Origin: Aureliella sp.
GTDB taxonomy: Bacteria > Planctomycetota > Planctomycetia > Pirellulales > Pirellulaceae
Length of the DNA stretch: 64,000 nucleotides
Direction of reading: 5' to 3'
NCBI GenBank assembly: GCA_963691875.1
Contig: OY829846.1
Location: forward strand, 3,360,001 to 3,424,000
In this document: positions 60,210 to 64,000 of the stretch, piece by piece
Numbering within the stretch: position 1 is the first letter of the stretch
Layout: the number at the start of each line of letters is the position of its first letter
Made by a program: the position numbers and the translations under genes
Notes under the pieces: model-generated
What the model saw: only the letters and a program-made list of their open reading frames with translations
Database searches by the model: none
What the model was told of the DNA's origin: nothing

Positions 60210-63200
60210 ATGAGCGACCTCTCGGATTCGATCCCGAATCGATTTGACTTCAAGCAACAATCTGGCGAAATCTACGCAGCCTGGGAAGCAGATGGATGCT
60301 TCCACGCGAAACCAGATCCTGGGCGCAAGCCCTTTACGATCGTCATTCCGCCGCCCAATGTCACCGGGGCACTGCACCTTGGGCACGCGCTCAACAACAC
60401 CTTGCAGGACATTCAAGTTCGCTGGCATCGCATGCGCGGATTCGAAGCACTCTGGATGCCCGGCACCGACCATGCCGGCATCGCGACGCAAGCCGTCGTC
60501 GAAAAGCGGTTAAAGGAAGACGAGAACAAAACCCGGCACGATCTTGGTCGAGAAAAGCTTGTCGAGCGGATCTGGGATTGGAAGGCAGAGTACGAGACTC
60601 GCATCTTGAACCAACTTCGGAGCATGGGCTGTTCCTGCGATTGGGAACGCACTCGATTTACACTCGATGACACCTGTGCTAAAGCAGTTCGAACGACCTT
60701 TGCCGACCTGTTCGCCAAGGGATTGATCTTCCGAGGCAAGCGTTTGGTCAACTGGGACACCTACCTGCAGACTGCCGTCAGTGATGACGAAGTTTTTCAC
60801 GCAGTCACCAAGGGCCACTTTTGGCACTTCAAGTATCCGGTCATCGCCCCACAGGCCGGCGAGCCAACGCACGTCACGATCGCCACCACGCGACCTGAAA
60901 CGATGCTGGGTGATTCAGCTGTTGCGGTTCACCCCGAACCGGAAAAGGCGCTTGATGCCGCCGAAGCACAACTGCGTGACAAGCTCTCGGCTGCACCCGA
61001 AAAAGAGCAGGAAGCAATTCAGCAGCAGCTCAACGCGTTGGCCGAACGTCGTACGACCCGCTTGCCGTTGTTGATCACTCTGGCTGAGATGGCCAAGCGC
61101 GGTACCAAATTGATGCTGCCATTGCTCAACCGTCCGATCGACTTGATCGCCGACGAGTGGGCGAAACCCGAAATGGGAAGTGGCTGCGTCAAGATAACTC
61201 CTGCGCATGACCCTAATGACTACGAAGTGGGTTTGCGCTGCGGACTCGAGATGATAAACATCTTGAATCCAGACGGAACTCTCAACGGAGAAGCTGGTTC
61301 CTACCAAGGACTGACGATCAAAAAGGCTCGCACTCAAGTTGTCGCCGACTTAGAAGAACAAGGGCTTATGGTTGAGGTTGAAGATCGCGAGATCGACTTG
61401 GCCCACTCCGATCGCAGTAAGACACCAATCGAGCCGTACTTGGCGGATCAGTGGTTCGTCAAAATGGATCAACTTGCCCAAAACGCCATGGATGCTGTCA
61501 CCGATGGCCGCGTCAAGATTTTCCCCGAGCGCTACGCCAAGGGTTACTTAGATTGGTTAAGCGAAAAACGCGATTGGCCCGTCGGGCGTCAGCTCTGGTG
61601 GGGACACCAGATTCCGATTTGGACGCAAACTTTCGATTCCGCCGGAGCGGCAACTGCTGCCGCCGATGCCTTCAACACTCGGCCAGAGCAAGCGGAAGGA
61701 CTGCTTAGCGCAACAGTCGAAGCTCCAGCTACGGTTCACGTTTGCATTCGCGATGAAGGACACACACTCGAGTCAGAATTGGAGCAGAGCGGATACACGC
61801 GGCAAGAAGATGTTCTGGATACTTGGTTCAGTTCTGCACTTTGGCCTCACTCAACCTTGGGCTGGCCCGACAAGAACGCGGACCTCGACTATTTCTATCC
61901 GACCAGCACGCTCATCACCAGTCGCGACATCATCACGCTGTGGGTCGCTCGTATGGTTCTGATGGGGCTGAACAATCTGGGCGAAGTACCATTCAAGGAA
62001 GTCTATATTCACCCCAAGATCTTGGATGGTTTTGGCGAGGGAATGTCTAAGAGCAAAGGCAACGGCGTCGATCCTCTAGACGTTATGGACAAGTTCGGAC
62101 CGGACGCGTTGCGTTTTGGATTGACTTGGTTGGCCGCAGAAACGCAAGACGTTCGAATGCCCGTCCAGTATGAATGTCCTCACTGCGAAGAAGCAATCAA
62201 TCAAACGAGGAAGAATCGTGAGCTTGCGATTATCCCTTGTCCGAAGTGCAACGGAGTGTTTTCAACTCAATGGGCAAAGACGGATGAAGAGAGGGCCCAA
62301 CCCCGCGGCGCCGTTCTAAGTGAGCGTTTTGAACTTGCGCGTAACTTTGGCAACAAGCTCTGGAACGCTGCTCGATTTGTCATGATCAACCTGGAAGGCT
62401 TCGAGCCGCAGCAGCTTGACATCGCTAGCTTGCCACTTGAGGATCGCTGGATCTTGTCGCGGCTTTCAACGACGACGCAGAAGGTCACCGAAGCGATCGG
62501 ACGCTACCACTACAGTGATGCCGCTCGCTTGCTGTACGATTTCGCCTGGGACGAGTTCTGCTCATATTACGTCGAGATGGCGAAGCCGCGTTTTCAGGAT
62601 CCTGAGAAGAAGTCCGCGACACAGCAAGTTCTCGCGCACACTTTGGATCAGTTGCTGCGACTGTTGCACCCGATGGTTCCGTTTATTACTGAAGCCATCT
62701 GGCAGCAGATGGAGCAATTCGGCTCCGTTCGCTGTTTGAATGGGCAGGCCGAGGAGCAAAAGTGGTTGATGCGATCGAGTTGGCCCGAAGCTGACCTGTC
62801 GCATCAAGACGGGCCGATCGAAACACAGTTCGCTTCCTTCGTCGGGGCACTTGGAGCATTGCGAGAAATCCGCGCCCGCCAAGGCATCAAGCCGAAGGAC
62901 ACGGTTCGCTTCATGATCAACTGCGATGCAGATACGGTTGCCCTGCTCGAACCGATGCGTCCCTACTTCAAAGCTTTAGCTGGTGCAGAATGCGAGGGGC
63001 TGGGAACGAGCTTCGAAGACCTTCAAGTTCCACCGGCGCAGATCAGCGTAGATGGCATGGAAATCTCGGTCGATTTAGGAGACTTCATTGATCTCAAAGC
63101 GGAGCTCAATCGCAACGAGAAACTCGAAGCGAATCTGACGAAGCAAGCTGGTGGCAAAGAAGCCAAGTTATCGAACGAAAACTTCATCAGCCGCGCTCCT

Positions 63201-63311
63201 GAAGACGTTGTCGCCAAGGAACGCGAAGCTCTCGAGGACTTGAAACAACAACTCGCCGTAGTTCAGGAAACTCTCAAGCGAATACGGGAAGCCCTGGGCG
63301 CATCGGAGTGA
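60210..63311 (+). CDS. valS: Valine--tRNA ligase
   Basis: PPPNVTGALHLGH, GTDHAGIATQ, ATTRPETMLGD, VKITPAHDPNDY, RQLWWGH, DVLDTWFSSALWP, GMSKSKGN, NKLWNA; C-terminal coiled coil. Confidence 0.98.
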   Translation: MSDLSDSIPNRFDFKQQSGEIYAAWEADGCFHAKPDPGRKPFTIVIPPPNVTGALHLGHALNNTLQDIQVRWHRMRGFEALWMPGTDHAGIATQAVVEKRLKEDENKTRHDLGREKLVERIWDWKAEYETRILNQLRSMGCSCDWERTRFTLDDTCAKAVRTTFADLFAKGLIFRGKRLVNWDTYLQTAVSDDEVFHAVTKGHFWHFKYPVIAPQAGEPTHVTIATTRPETMLGDSAVAVHPEPEKALDAAEAQLRDKLSAAPEKEQEAIQQQLNALAERRTTRLPLLITLAEMAKRGTKLMLPLLNRPIDLIADEWAKPEMGSGCVKITPAHDPNDYEVGLRCGLEMINILNPDGTLNGEAGSYQGLTIKKARTQVVADLEEQGLMVEVEDREIDLAHSDRSKTPIEPYLADQWFVKMDQLAQNAMDAVTDGRVKIFPERYAKGYLDWLSEKRDWPVGRQLWWGHQIPIWTQTFDSAGAATAAADAFNTRPEQAEGLLSATVEAPATVHVCIRDEGHTLESELEQSGYTRQEDVLDTWFSSALWPHSTLGWPDKNADLDYFYPTSTLITSRDIITLWVARMVLMGLNNLGEVPFKEVYIHPKILDGFGEGMSKSKGNGVDPLDVMDKFGPDALRFGLTWLAAETQDVRMPVQYECPHCEEAINQTRKNRELAIIPCPKCNGVFSTQWAKTDEERAQPRGAVLSERFELARNFGNKLWNAARFVMINLEGFEPQQLDIASLPLEDRWILSRLSTTTQKVTEAIGRYHYSDAARLLYDFAWDEFCSYYVEMAKPRFQDPEKKSATQQVLAHTLDQLLRLLHPMVPFITEAIWQQMEQFGSVRCLNGQAEEQKWLMRSSWPEADLSHQDGPIETQFASFVGALGALREIRARQGIKPKDTVRFMINCDADTVALLEPMRPYFKALAGAECEGLGTSFEDLQVPPAQISVDGMEISVDLGDFIDLKAELNRNEKLEANLTKQAGGKEAKLSNENFISRAPEDVVAKEREALEDLKQQLAVVQETLKRIREALGASE

Positions 63312-63836
63312 TTCTCAACCGAACCCGGTGATACGTATCCAAGACTGGAACCAACCTTCGCAGGCTTCTGAATGGGCAGTTGTAGGTGTGCCCAATTGCC
63401 GGCATGAACAGCAGAAAACTTGCTGTTGCCCAGCCCACCGAAGTTGCGAGATAGCTACGAAAAACTGGGATTATGTTTCTTCGCTTCAGCAATATCGCCA
63501 TCGCAATGCTGTACAGCGAAAGAATCGTGGACAGAAGATGTTCGTCGCCAGAAGCCATAAAGGGAAATGGGGCAACGGTTACTCCGATCGCGGTGCGAAT
63601 TATTAGCTCTCACATCGACCACGCTACTAAATAGCGTGGAAACGCGTGCCATCCGTCGTAATGCGTGGGACGACGCGTTGCCATCTGAAACTTGTGGTTT
63701 TCTCAGCATTCTCGAGTCCCTCAGCGTCGAGTTGTTGCAACATTTTGCGAAAGCGAGACAACGCCTACGGCTGAGAGCAGAATAAAACCTTACTTCAAGT
63801 TTCAGGCTGAAAGCTGCTAAGAATCGCGAAAGCAGA

Positions 63837-64000
63837 CTACTCTTTGCCGTAGATTTCTTCGGCTGTTTTGAGCTGTTCTTCGCAGATGGACCAACCTAAC
63901 ACATCCGAAGTTTCAGCATCCTTAGCTTTGCGGAAGAAGCACGAAGCAAAACCTTCGTGACATGGGGCACCGTGCTGGGTGACGAGCAGCAGGATGGCAT
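63837..64000 (-). CDS. hisI: 3' end of phosphoribosyl-AMP cyclohydrolase (partial, runs off the window)
   Basis: Not in the ORF track. Manual translation AILLLVTQHGAPCHEGFASCFFRK...EEIYGKE* matches the HisI C-terminal G.xCH.G..SCF motif. Confidence 0.85.
   Translation of the reverse strand, partial: AILLLVTQHGAPCHEGFASCFFRKAKDAETSDVLGWSICEEQLKTAEEIYGKE

Noticed and set aside
63312..63836. Short hydrophobic minus-strand ORF fragments between valS and hisI
   Set aside because: Possibly another membrane-gene relic, but I could not recognise a family, so it is not called.

Overview
This is a 64 kb chromosomal window from a planctomycete, most likely Pirellulaceae-like. The inference rests on DUF1549/1553-DUF1501 and DUF1592/1588-DUF1552 gene pairs, DUF1559, LEPR-XLL-type N-termini, an ECF sigma-Ser/Thr kinase pair and several sulfatases. 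Housekeeping genes (lpdA, dus, rpsO-pnp, queE/queF, valS, 3' end of hisI) alternate with carbohydrate, sulfate-ester and osmolyte genes: sulfatases, an arylsulfate sulfotransferase, a YjhG/YagF-type sugar-acid dehydratase, an esterase, two TIM-barrel epimerases and a gpgS-like synthase plus HAD phosphatase. Several apparently intergenic stretches are decayed genes that the ORF track only partly shows: a frameshifted sulfatase fused to an internally duplicated unknown domain, a DUF1559 relic, an ECF sigma relic, a SWIM-family relic, an EF-hand/LEPR-XLL relic and a RAYT-type transposase still flanked by inverted REP-like repeats. At least four short palindromic repeat families are dispersed in intergenic DNA. 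The best candidates for poorly described systems are (i) an ECF sigma with an SPSD motif, a TPR Ser/Thr kinase and a LEPR-XLL protein in one operon, (ii) a tandem c-heme DUF1592/DUF1552/LRR plus DUF1549/DUF1501 block, and (iii) the sulfatase fusion. I saw no rRNA, tRNA or CRISPR array. All family calls come from motif recognition by eye, not database searches.
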